Under the pieces are notes generated by a model that was given only the letters and a program-made list of their open reading frames with translations, ran no database searches and was not told where the DNA came from. A program made the translations under genes and the position numbers. From Balanoglossus misakiensis (Eukaryota; Animalia; Hemichordata): a DNA stretch of 64,000 bases. Of this stretch, positions 1 to 12,800 are shown piece after piece (position 1 is the stretch's first letter; each line of letters begins with the position of its first letter). The stretch lies in contig CM082596.2 of assembly GCA_040954595.2 (NCBI GenBank), forward strand, positions 4,856,181 through 4,920,180. Reading direction: 5' to 3'.

Positions 1-696
1 TGTCCGCAAGCAACGCGTTTTCATTTCAAGGGTTCAGTCACTGTGAAATACTCGGTAAAACGATTAATCCAAAGGGAGAGTATTTTCTAAGCATAGCTTT
101 AAAATGTGGGTTATCTCTTTAAAGTTAATACAGACGGTCAAATAGCTAATGGCACGATATATTTGGATACCACATCTGTATATCTCACTACATTCTACTT
201 TCTGAGAATCCTTGCATCGCTACCCCCAATACTTATAAAACGTGCCTTATATGAAAGTCTTCATACACAATGTACGAGTTTAAATCTCAACAATATCCGA
301 GCTGAAGAGTTGTTATACTCTTAATCTACTAGTGCTTAGATGACCAATTAACTTTAAGGATTATTGAAGCTTCTATCATCAATGCGTGAAGCTGTTTTAA
401 AACAACGTTTTTACAATCAGATTTTTAGTAGGCTGCATGAACTCAACGTCAGACGATTAAAAGTCTGCATAGCATTTACCCACAGGAATGCATGTAGCCT
501 GAATGTCATTCCAGATAATTTTGTATAAAGATGTTGTCAATTAGGAAGTCCATCGTCTTAATTATTTCCACATAGCATCCCGAGACGTAACAATGTTTTT
601 ATAACATGACGACTCTGTAATAACTAACTTGGAAACCACTAGCTGGGGAACCTTTTCAAAATATCCCCCAAGCTAGAGGGTTTTAAATTTGCATAA

Positions 697-903
697 AATG
701 GCTGACGTCGTCTACTTCTCGCAATCGCGTTGGCCCCTGTCGCTTACGTGATACCAGGGAAGATCTGGACGTTACGGATTGAATGGTGAGTTTGGTGATT
801 CAATGAAATAACAGGATATAACAGATGCACCGAAATATGTGTCGTACCTGGGCGAGCCAGCTGAAATTTACACAGTAGACTACCCAGGACTTAACCCGGA
901 AGT
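697..903. promoter_or_regulatory. Putative housekeeping-type promoter region upstream of AP4B1
   Basis: CpG-containing stretch ~200-400 bp upstream of the AP4B1 ATG, with a YY1-like AAAATGGCTG (~697-706) and an ETS/GABP-type CCGGAAGT (896-903). Motif matches only. Confidence 0.35.
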
Positions 904-1086
904 ACGTTGCAAATCTGCTACAGTCTGTGTTTGGATATGGGGACAGACTACAACAGACACTACAGCCAGTGAGGATTTAAAATTATAGGCTGACAATGCT
1001 TACACATCCCTGGTAGCTCTATGGTACAAGCAACACGAGGAAAGATATCCTGAAAGTCTGTCGTCATTGCGAAGATCGACGAGACA

Positions 1087-4000
1087 ATGTCTTACTTCAG
1101 CAGTGGAAGTATCTCGGATATAAATGACCTCAGGTAGGTAATCAATGCAGGTCAAGTCTTCCTTTTCTGATTTGCTAACAATATGTTAGCCTTTACCCCC
1201 CCCCCCCCTCCTGGGAACTTACCTGACTCCAAAGGTTAAACCAAACTCGCATAATCTTTCAGGTCGCAGCTGAGAAATCCAGTGGTCCAGTCAGACCCAG
1301 CACAATGTCAGCAGGTTGTGCGTCGAATTGTGGCACTGATGACACAAGGTATAGACATGTCGGGATTATTTACAGATATGGTCAAGGTAAGTGCTGGGAG
1401 AAGCCCAAGGGGGAATTCTTTAACCCTTTAACCACTATGGTTCAGTTCAAACCCATTGTTTTCTATGATACTGCTGCTACTATGACAATATGTCTTCATT
1501 CCAGGCAAGTGCCACTCAGGACATCGTACGGAAGAAGTTGATCTACTTATACATGTCTACTTATGCTGAGGTGAAATCAGACCTGGCTCTGCTGGCCGTC
1601 AACACACTGCGTAAAGACTGCAGTGATTCGAATCCAATGATTAGAGGGTTGGCGTTGAGGACCATGTGTTCTCTGAGGTAGGTGCAAAATTCGTTCAGTG
1701 GCAATTCTTGCCTTCCAGACTTTGTCAAACTTAAATTACTACATGCTTGACTGGCAATGCAGGTGGCATGGATGATTCATACCTGATTAATTGATGCATT
1801 TTCACACCTAAACAATAAATCTAATACAGGATACGAGGTACATCGGCATTCAGTTTTGCAAAGTGTATCAATGAAAATTGTACAATTGTTAAAATTTAAT
1901 GAGAATGACTCATTGTCAGTGGTGCATATATTCGGTCATTTTTGTTACATATATTCACGCCTTAAGACTTGGGTTTATTATTTTTGATAAGGTGAAACAC
2001 GATTTCATTTTCATAAGTTTTTCCAGTGACTATATTGTATTATGTTTCTGATCACTAACATGTTGGCTTTTGTTGCCGTCCTGTTAGACTTGCCAATTTG
2101 GTTGAATACACAGACCGTCCTCTGCTGGACGGCCTGCAAGACAAGAGTGCGTACGTGAGAAGAACAGCTGTGATTGGCTGTGCTAAAATGTGGCACATTG
2201 CTCCAAACATCATCGCAGGTAAAAGATGCCAATGAATCATGTCCGTGCATTGTTCTCAGTTTGTAAATTTGTCTGTATGAGTCATAGAAGTATTTTGCCT
2301 TTTTCTGCTGTTATGCATTATTCATTATACCTGTAATCTCTTGTAGGAAGTAAGCACACACAATGATTTTCCAGTGGACATGTTTCACATTGTATTTCTG
2401 TTTCTTGTTTTTTTTTTACAGAACACAGCATCGTGGATCAGCTGTACACCATGTTGAGAGACAAAGACCCCATCGTTGTTTCCAACTGTCTGACCGTCTT
2501 GGAGGAAATCTTGAGACATGACGGCGGTGTGGTCATCAACAAAAACATTGCACATTATCTTCTCAACAGGTAAATTCTAAGGATTGTATACAATAAAAAT
2601 GTCACTTGGTTTGAAGCAGTTACAGAGAAAACTTGCATACATGCACTTTTTAGAAAATGTGAAGTTATTTCAAGTATGCCTTGCCATCAAATTAAGATGT
2701 ATTGATCAAGCAACAGAGTGGGTACTTTTTTTAAACCCTGTAGATATCAGAAAATATTCACATGCTGATTCTTTCTCAATCTACCCTCCCTCACAGGTTA
2801 TATGACTTCAGTGATTGGGGCCAAGCCCAAATTTTACATTTGTTACTAAAATACCGGGTAGAAACAGAGGAAGAAGCGTTTGATGTCATGGTAAAATAAA
2901 ATCATTTTTTTCAAACATTTTTTTCCGCTTTTTAAAATACAACGTGCCAGATGTGATGTGTCACTTGTTTCTTATGCGAACTTTACAAATTTGTGGTCTT
3001 GTGAGAAATAGTATCTCTAAGATTTCTCATTTGTCTGGGATATTTTGTCACAACACAGATGCTTTATGGATGTAAGCAGAACTACATGATAATGTACATG
3101 TATACTAAATTTGAACTCTTCACACAGAATGTGATAGATGGCTGTCTGAAACACAGTAACGGCAGAGTTAGCTGCAGTGCCATGGCATTGATGCTGCATA
3201 TAACCCATGACATGCCAGAAATCCAACTTGATGTCTGTAGCAGAATCAAAGGCAAGATTCAGCCATAAATAAATTTTTCAAATATATCATGAAAAAATGT
3301 CATCTTTAGTCGTGTATCGTTTTAGAGGAATGTATTTTTGGCGTACTGACATTTTTGGCCATACACTGATGTTTGTATGTTTCTGATCTTCTTTTGTCTA
3401 TGTTTGCCCCCTCACAGGTCCACTTCTCCATTTACTGAGCAGCAGTAATGCTGAACTGTGTTTCACAGCCTTGTGTCACATACAACTGTTGCTCAGCAAA
3501 GCCGAGGATCTATTCAACTCGAATTACAAGAAGTTCTTTTGTAGGTAAGGATCATCTGTGAGCATTATATTATGGATTTGGACCGAACCATTGTGTTGAA
3601 AGGGTTAAAGTTGAACTCTGTCTGGCCTCGTTTGCAGGTATAACGACGTCTCGTATGTGAAGTATAAGAAGATAGAATTGCTAACCTTGGTTTGCTGTGA
3701 AGACAATGTGAAGGACATTGTCAATGAACTCAGGTAATGTAGCCAAGAATTCCTCGCACCATATTGAGTGTGGAATAATGTTGCAGTATCTGTTGATTGA
3801 CTTAAATTGGTGCCTTCATGCATACAAACTTCAAAACTCTGGAGATCATCTTGGAATTGTTGTGTTCAAATCACTGAAAAATCAAAAGATTATAGTCTTC
3901 AGTTCTAGCGAGTTTGGAAAAACACTGGCAGCAACTTCATTATTGGTCATTTCAATTCACACCCTTTCCATCTCTTGCAGTGCATACTGTACGGACGTTT

Positions 4001-6681
4001 CAGAAAGTGTAGCCAGGAAGTCCATAGACGCACTGGGTGAAATAGTGAAATCAAAGCCACACTGTTCAGCACAGTGTATGGAGAGACTTGTAGGGCTGCT
4101 AGATCTGCAGCTGGATTATGTCACATCGCAAGTGCTCATCACCATGCAGAGTAAGTTGTGAAATTAATGAGAGAGGAATTAAAGGTACACGGTCACCTCC
4201 AGTTTACATATATCCGTAAAAGGTGTATCCGAGTGTTCTAAAGAACATATGGTGGCGCTCTTTTTTTCGTGTGTGCCACCCATTGAAAATCTGTGATTGG
4301 CTAGATCTCAATTTGCCAATAACTTTAGCTAAATTTGCATAGGTGACTGTATACCTTTAATGTAAGTATGAAGCATTTGGTGCCATGTAACTTTACCTGT
4401 TTACTGATGTCCAGTCTGATCATTTTCTTATTAACCTACTAGGTTTGCTTCTGCTGGATAGGAACCAGAATTTCATCAATGCAGTGATGTCACAGCTCCC
4501 TAACTGTGCGGCCGTGGTGCAGGACAGCCAAACCAAAGCTGCCATGGTCTGGTTGCTTGGACACTATGGACAGGTGATGGGAACAAAGTTTTTGATTATG
4601 GAGATTTGAAAGATTTCATTCATTATTCGTCAGTTGTGATTCTCAAATTAGTGACAATCTGGCTGTCTCATTAAAAATTGTACATAGTGACCTTCATTTT
4701 TCATGCTCAATTTTGAGAAAGAATGATCTAAATCAGTCGCGTCTCTATGAAGCATTCCTTAAACACCATCTTAATCGTTACCCCAGCTGCTACCAGACAG
4801 TCCTTACCTTCTTGAAGACATGATCGACAACATAGAGGAAGAAAGCTGTACGTTGGTCAAGCTGCATCTCATTACGGCCACAACGAAACTGTTCTTCAGT
4901 CGACCCGCCGAGTGCCAGGATATGCTGGGCAAGTTGTTGGAGTACTGTATAGGTGAGTCACTGTTGATTGCCCAGACACTAATCTGGTGATCCTGTAAGT
5001 AGTAGTAAATTAAGTTTTTAAAATATGTCCCAGGGAAATTCTCCATAATGATGTGTTAGGTTTCTCACAAATCGTTGGCATATTGATTATCATTACAGAG
5101 GTCGAATGCAGTGTAGCAGTCAAGGAGAGAGCCATGATGTACTACAGACTATTGAGTCTGGATGTAAATAAAGTGAGTACATGTACATCTATGTGGGAAA
5201 CTGAAGCAAGACAGCCATTGCCATTTTGTCATTGCCATCATGCCATGCTAGGAATTGAGATATTACGTTGACTTCAGATGAAAACCAAAGAAGGAAACTG
5301 TCAATTACTGGTGACTCATTTCAGCAGTGACTGGTGTTTTAAACAACCTTTTGTGTTTAAACAGAAACTGTTAATAGCATAGGTCAGCTTTAGAAATAAT
5401 AATGACCAGTCTTTTCTCACTCTTCAGGCTAAAGAAGTGATCTGTTCTTCTCAAAGTGCAATATCAGAATTTGAGGATCGTATTCCATGTATGCAAGATG
5501 CTATCAAGAGTTTCAATTCACTGGCAGTCATGTTTGGTGAGTGAATAATGTACATGTAGCCCTCCTTTGTATATATCTTCAGTTAGTTGTTTTTGAAGTT
5601 CAGATTAAATGTACTAACCATCATCTCTTTAAGAATTCCCATGTCTAGATTCTCAGCACATCACTTTTTTTCCAGGAGCTGGAAAATGGAGAGAGATACA
5701 GCTCAGAAACTGCGAGAAATCAAAACACGAAACTTACAAGGAGAGCGAAATGAGACAAGTGAAAGCAACACAACCACCGCAAGAGAGCGTGGTCGGTGAA
5801 CTTGTCAGTATCGACGCTGATGATGTCGGTGCGAAAGACGACAAAGATGGAGGCATCGCCATGGCAATAGAGCTCAAAGAAGACGCAGTGATCACGCCGG
5901 AATATTTTGAAGACAGATGGACAACGATAACAAATAGGTGAGTTGTAGAGCACTTGAAATGTCTTGGAAGCCTCATATCTTTACAGGCAAAATCAGAAAT
6001 ATGTTAGGAACAGTATAGATATGGTGTAATTCACGTTCAATCAACTTACCTGCATGTATTTTAGCCTGTGCACTAACTGAACTTGTTCTGACTGCATGCC
6101 ATCAATGGAATTCAGATTGTTGAAAGTTGTAGAATAGGAAGTAACACTGTCACCTTATCAAAATGAATCTTGACATGTATGCCTGGTCTAGTTTACAAAT
6201 TACAGTGGGTAAACTTTACTCTTGAAACAATCTCTGACAATAATTCTCAACTGACTTCGTTTTACAGCACTCCTTGGGAATTTCAACTCGATCCAAAACT
6301 TCAGTACAGTGCAGTGGAAGAGAGGCTGAAGAAAAGCCTTGTGAAAACCATGGCAACCACCCCCTACGACAATGACCCATGGAGAGCTTTCTTGTATGCT
6401 CAGGTAATAGAAAAACTCAATGCCTACTCATGACAGTAATCAAATTTCTTATTTTAACCTGCTACACGATTCTTCATTAATGAAATTACATCCATTTGAA
6501 TTAGCCAACCTTTCTTCTTGTCTTCACACAGGACACAAACCAGTGCACCTATCTTTTCGAACTTGTCATTCACCGGAAAAACCACACTGCCAGAATCACC
6601 GTGAAATTTGAGAGTGAGGACGCCAGCAGCCCTTGCTTGGAATACCTCAAGCACATCTACCAGACTGTCTTGACGGAGTAA
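1087..6681 (+). CDS. AP4B1: AP-4 adaptor complex subunit beta-1 (17 coding exons, ~753 aa)
   Basis: Hand-spliced exons: 1087-1133, 1263-1386, 1505-1677, 2088-2218, 2422-2569, 2797-2890, 3128-3251, 3418-3544, 3638-3733, 3981-4150, 4443-4573, 4787-4952, 5099-5172, 5428-5536, 5676-5937, 6268-6403, 6532-6681 (2262 nt, phases consistent, ends TAA). The translation follows beta-4 adaptin throughout: [87 protein letters not shown], and a C-terminal ear (YFEDRW...[10 protein letters not shown]). The [10 protein letters not shown] motif and short ear fit beta-4 rather than beta-1/2/3. Confidence 0.95.
1420..1468. mobile_element. piggyBac-like MITE family, partial copy (AP4B1 intron 2)
   Basis: TTAA-CCCTTTAACCACTATGGTTCAGTTCAAACCCATTGTTTTCTATG matches the end of the copies at 15357-15448 and 20567-20664. 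Confidence 0.55.
3572..3608. mobile_element. piggyBac-like MITE family, partial copy (AP4B1 intron 8)
   Basis: ATGGATTTGGACCGAACCATTGTGTTGAAAGGG-TTAA is the reverse-orientation end of the same family. Confidence 0.55.
4183..4356. mobile_element. Non-autonomous Kolobok-like DNA transposon (~174 bp MITE) in AP4B1 intron 10
   Basis: Flanked by TTAA at 4179-4182 and 4357-4360. TIRs AGGTACACGGTCACCT / AGGTGACTGTATACCT (14/16 match). RR..YY termini with a TTAA TSD are the Kolobok signature. A second diverged copy lies at ~45290-45463. Confidence 0.75.
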
Positions 6682-6782
6682 CTTGGACTCCATGCCATAT
6701 TGTGAATGTTCGTAATGATTTTCACCGTTCCGTTCCGTGTGACTGTTTTAACGCCTGATGTAAATTATAAACACAATGTGTA

Positions 6783-6788
6783 AATAAA
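6783..6788 (+). terminator. Polyadenylation signal AATAAA of AP4B1
   Basis: First AATAAA, ~100 nt after the AP4B1 stop codon. Confidence 0.6.
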
Positions 6789-6808
6789 GCTGTCAAATCA
6801 AATTATTC

Positions 6809-6814
6809 TTTATT
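6809..6814 (-). terminator. Polyadenylation signal AATAAA of the WDR87-like gene
   Basis: TTTATT on + (AATAAA on -), ~77 nt downstream of the WDR87-like stop codon. Confidence 0.55.
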
Positions 6815-6890
6815 GCACAGTGTCTTATTTGACTACTAATATCCCACCACCATCGTCAATAAAAAAAGTTCAGGCCGTAATGGACAAATA

Positions 6891-9800
6891 TCACACGCTT
6901 TCTTGGATGGTTTCCTTTTTGGTCGTCAGGAACTTGAGCGCCGCAGTGATTTCTGGGAGTTTCTCTTCGCTGTTCTGTTTAGGACGCCCTCTGTCGTTGA
7001 AACTGGCAGTTGGCACCATCTTGGGCATGTGGATTGATGGCAACTGTCGATCGAGCAGAGAATGTACATGTTGGTCCCATTGTGAACTCGGTCACTCAGT
7101 GTACAAGATTGAAGATGAATAACCCCTTACACCAAACACTCCATTACAGACACCATACATGACATACACAGAAACAAATAATTAAATATATGCATGTACA
7201 TAACTTACCATTGGTATTTTTTTGGCTTTCTTTTGACGAAATCCTGATTCCTGACTCTTCACAGATGGCAAACTTGGCTCTGGTTCAATGGTTGGCATGA
7301 CAACAGCAGGGCTGTTACTCCACTCATAGTGAGATTCCAGTTTTGATAAAGCTGACAAATTATTGCATTGTCTGGAGAGAAAAAGTCACAGAAAGATTGA
7401 TCATGGAAGAAACAGACTTATACTTTACCAACATTGTGCAGACATAGACTGAATAGATTACCTGTCTATTAAGGACATTTCTTTTGTTCCAAAATATGCC
7501 CTTAAAGCAGGTAGATCGTCAAGTTTTTATCCTTTGTTGATAGACAGGTTTCACCGTATTTCAAACACACTTTTTCTCTCATCAAACAGTATTATACTAT
7601 AGTAAGAGATACAGAAATTTTTGAACTTGCCTTTTAGTTTCCCAGTGATCATGTATTCTATTGAGAACCGACTCTGCCGATGTTAAATAACTGTAATACT
7701 GTGGCCCTCTCCTGTTCCTTTCCAGAACCCTTTTCATTTGGTGTTCCTGAGAAATTTTCGCTGTGCCATCGTACCTTGGTGTGTCAGTTGTCCAAGTCAT
7801 GTTCAAAATACCAAACTTTGTTTTTCCCATGGTCCTGGAGGATCAAAAAGTCATTATGAACATAGTGGAATTTTTGTAATTAGCAAAAAGGTGAACATTA
7901 GATTTTTGAACAAATGATTTCAAATGTTTACTGATTTTTGATCATGTATCGGACATACTGCAATCAAATCACTATGAGTTCATTTTTTTATGCATGTACA
8001 AAACACCACAAGTAATATTACATACTCTCCATTTGTATGCACATCAAGTTTGGCCGGCATAGATTCCACCATATGCCAGTGCATTTCTTCATCCACCATC
8101 TGTTTCTTTCTGTCTATCACAGACAGCTTCTTGAGGAGCCGCTGTCCAGCCACACCGTCGGTGACTTCCACGTTGTCAGGTAAATATATCATGGATGGCG
8201 GCTTGATGACTTTTGACTCCTTGGTTTTGCGCTGTTCCTTGTAAAACTTTTTTCTCTGCTGAGCTGTGGGTCTCTGGAAGATTTTTCTCCAGTTTTCTGG
8301 GAGAGTGGAGACACAGAAAGCAGTCAGGCACAGGTATACAGGATTGTGGCTAATTTGTAAGCACACATGAAAACTTACTTCTTAAAGCAGTAAGCAAAAC
8401 AATCAGAACTGTTCCATGGAGAATTGTTGAAGCACGCAAAATTGTGTCACTGAGAATTCTTGAAAGTGTTGTTATATTGTAGAACACAACTACAATCAGA
8501 GTCTGTTTCACTAATTACTGGCAACATTCCAAGTTCTTGAAGCTGACACCTCGCTGTTACCAGGGCAAACAGCCTTTGGTTGCCATGCCAACATCATGGA
8601 GAAACCATTAACATTGTTTTCTATGGTTAACTTGGACCTCTATACAGTGAAATGGGGGTGAAAGGGTTAATGTTGCTTCTGGTTCCCCGTAACTTCCTTC
8701 CCCTCCTTACCTATCTTCCTGAGTGATGACATATTGCTTGGTGAGGAATCAATATGATCCATACGCAGACTGGAAATATCGGAAGGACAACCAACGCCGG
8801 AATCTCCAAGACTTATTTCCGTGGATGTGTACATTCCATGCAACTGCTGCAGTAGCTTTTCATCTTTGGAACCCTGGAACGTAAACACATTTGACAAATC
8901 AGTCTATTTCAGTTACTGGCTAAATTTTGCAATATTTCTATTGAGCTCTTAATCTAAAATTTTGTTTAAATTTTAACCACATGATTCCCTATAAATCTGC
9001 AAACAGCTTTTGTATGAATTCACATAAACTTGTTTCACAAAAACAAAAGCACCCGGCATGAGACTACATGTACCGGTATATACAAACGGTTTCTAACCCA
9101 ACTGCCAAACATATCATTTGCTGTTTCTTTCTTCTGTAACTTAATACATGAGGCAATATACATGCACAACAGCAAAGTCACAGCTAGTCAACAGGTGAAA
9201 GCTGTATTCGCATGTATGGCGTTCAAGTCATAGAAACAGTCAATTGAAACACGGAAAGTCTCAAACTGCGGAAATTTACCTGAAACAACCAGGAATGCAG
9301 CGCCCATTATCCGTGAAGCAACACAGGTGCACAGTGGAAAACCGAGGAGCGATGTTTGCTCATGAATGCCAAACACACGCACTGAAGTGTAACACGGCCA
9401 GAGTTTGCCTTCTGTCAGCATGTCCAACAACTCGGAACAATAACCCCCAATCTGACTGCATTCACCGCCCGACAATAGCACATTGTTACACACGGCATGT
9501 TTTGAAACTTGGTCTCCCTGTGGTTCTTTATGTCAGAGCTCTGTGCCTTGAAACACATCCACTCTGCATGCTAATAGTATACTAATAGCAGTCCTCATTG
9601 GCAAATTGCACCCATTCCCCCGAAGTTGTTAATTTACATGCTGGCTCTTTATAACTTACTACAAACTGTACAAACACAGACATCTACATACAGTACAGAA
9701 ATCAAGCATCTTATGAGGGTAATACAGATTAAACTAAAAGTATTTAACTCAAACTTTCAGTGAAGAAATTTGTAGCAAAGCTTGAATAACGCAGGCAGTT

Positions 9801-12800
9801 TTGTTACAGAGATTGTATACTCCAACATAACAATAGCGATTACTTCGCCATTGTATCTATCACTCCACAGACGTTGGATTTGGTCCATGTTACACAAATG
9901 TACACTTGTTTGCCTTGTCTGTTTTGAACAGTTTCATTTACAAGGATGCGGAATGTAAATCACCGAAAACACTTTCGCTACTTCAAGATTAGAATTGGAG
10001 GATCTTCTTAGCATTTTCACATTAATTAATTAATTGTCAACACATTAGTTATGAAGAATCAATTTGTGACGGACCTGCAGTCTCGGATCTCCAACACAGG
10101 TGGGTGGGTAAATATCAAAGTTTTTTGGCCAAAAGTGTATACAAGTGAGTTTTTGTTGAAGTCAATTCTGTTAAACACTGACCTTCCCATCTGTTAAATA
10201 ACTCTGCTGTTGAGAACTGCTAGATTCCATCTCCTGTTTGACGCTGGACGTCGCCACTTGCTCCGAATGGATTCCCGAATCCGTGTCCGGAAACAAGGAG
10301 CTGCCCTCGGCGTCGTGGCACTTCCACTTGTCGTCCAGGATGATCGTCAGGTTGTTCTCCGTCCCCGGCTGCGGGATCAGTTTCCCCTCCTTGACGTGAA
10401 GCGGCTGGTACTGGTCGCTCCGGCTGACGCGGTCCCCCGCGCCGTGTTGCGTCTTGGTCAGCGGTTTGAGCGCCCGGGGGGCGGCGGCGGGCCTCCTGCT
10501 GTAGTACTTGTAGAAATCCACCCGGTTGGGGAGGAAGCGCTTCTTCGACTTCCCCGGTTTCACGGCGGCCAGGTACTGACTCCGGTGTTTCTTCAGACGC
10601 TCCTTCATCGCCGCGGCGATCGCCTCCTTCTGCTGGATCATCCGGTCCATGTAGCCGTCCGTCGTTTCCCGGACGACGCTGCGGTGCTTCATCCGGGCCC
10701 TCTCCGCCGCCGGAAAGTGCTTCGACATCTCGCCGTAGTACGGCATCGCGTCGAAGGACTGAAACTGGTGCAACGAGCGGCTGGATTTGAACTGAACCGT
10801 CCGCGCTCCCTTGGTGTCTTTGTCCCTCCGCTGTTTGGAGTGCTCCCAAGGACTGAAGTCATCATCAATGACCATGGACTCACCAGAATACTCCTACCAG
10901 GCAAACAAAATAATGTACACTTGATATTTACTTTCACTTCTTACAATGGTAGACACACAACTCCCGGGCATACAACACTCTCTGTATAATGATCACAAAA
11001 CCCACTGCAGAGTACATACATGTATCCTTTGCCTCCATTAACTATGCAGAAGCGAACATTTACCACTGAAAGCAATTGGCTTGGACCAAATTATCATTGT
11101 GAAAGGAAAAAATGTAAATAGGGCAGTGAAACGTTTGCTCTATCATAAAATTGTCTCAATACATTTCAACAAAATGATAATCAGTTTTCACAGTAATACT
11201 GTAAAATGACCACACTGGAAAACAAAAGACTTGCACAAACAGACAACACACCTTACTGAGATCCTCATCATCGGGTCTCAGTCCAGCCTTGGTGTTGGCC
11301 ACCCACAACTCTAACATAGAAGGTGCTTTCCCATCGTCCTCCAGATCTGCCCGGTAAAAACCACTTGGCTGGCTGCGATAATACGCTGTCAATCTCTCAC
11401 TGTCTTCAATGTATTTCTTTTGGAATCTCTCAGCCAATTCTCCAATCACCTCTCTCTGAAATAAAATCAAATAAAATTTATATGACATCACTTGATGAGG
11501 AGAAAAATATTCCAATTTTACAGATCAGATGCAACTTAATATATGGGTCTGATTCCCACAATGACAAAATAAATGATGAGCGTACTTTCAATGGATGGAA
11601 AAAACACATATACACATTTCCCTTCATGAAAACAAACTCACAACACAAACTTACATCTCTGTTGACATACGGTTGGAGAATTCCTAGTTGTTCTAGAAGT
11701 GCTGCCAAACCATCACGGTCTGTCACTCCTGTTAGTTTGGTCAATGCAGCAGTGGCCTCTAGGCGAACATTTTCCTGCACAACAAAAAGAAATATTTCAG
11801 TACACTGTTTTGATGATGTTTGGGATCATTCACAATGTTGTAAATTTACAGATTTAGCTATAGAACAATGAATTCTATTGTTATTTTAAATTTTCAATGG
11901 GATTTAATATAATCTTATCAATCAGCAAATTGAGTGAATTAAAACCCAGTGAATCATTAATACTTTTACAGTGGTTTGACACAAATACCGGTATGAAACT
12001 GAATATGTGATTTTTGTGTGTGGTACGTAACACACCGAAGTCCCTTTATCTATAAAACTGAACTTCTACTTACAGTTTTATCCATGAGCGTTGGCAGCAG
12101 TCCCATGATGACATTCTTTCTGTCCTGACCCAAGTCGCCCAGTGTCCGGACTGCATTGACTCGGATCATAGCATGGTCACTCTGTAGCTGCTTGGACAAC
12201 TTGTTGACGGCCATGTCTAGCTGCCTTTCATTGATCACCAGTTCTCTGCAAGAGAGAAAGAACAGACGTCATATACAAAACTTTTTGAGGTAAAGTTATG
12301 CTGATCTAATAGTAGTTGCTGATCACCAACATTAATCTTTTCAACCCATTTCCTGGTAAATGGTTTCAACCGTAACATTGATAACTGTGGGGCTGGTTCA
12401 AAGTGTGAGGGGTGGTTGGGGGTATCGGAGTTCTTAAAATAGGGTACATATCCTGTGTACAGGAGACAGGATAGATATACATGTACAGTGTTGACAGGTT
12501 TCATATCAGGCAATGTTCAGTTTAGATATACTAAGGTTACATTGTGTTCAGTAAGGATGTTTTGCAATCTTCTCAAGGTGAAAAACATTCCACACGACAA
12601 AATCAAATATCAGACTGTAATTACCACAGATTAAAGGACTATATGTATACACAACCTCTCGAACAAGAAGTGGACGTCCATCCAACTCACCTGTGTATGT
12701 CCACAAGCGCCTGACAGACAGCTCGGTGTTGGAATGGGCTCACTTTCGCCAGCAAGTCAACTATAATTAGACAGTTTACAGACAGGTGTTTCACAAATAG

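Noticed and set aside
9279-9517. Protein-looking minus-strand segment in a WDR87-like intron (ELLDMLTEGKLWPCY) ending at a GT donor
   Set aside because: Phase 1 donor is incompatible with the flanking phase-0 junctions, the acceptor is weak, and no homology was recognised.
10210-10989. 259-aa + strand and 209-aa alternative-frame ORFs
   Set aside because: Antisense or frame shadows of the GC-rich WDR87-like exon.
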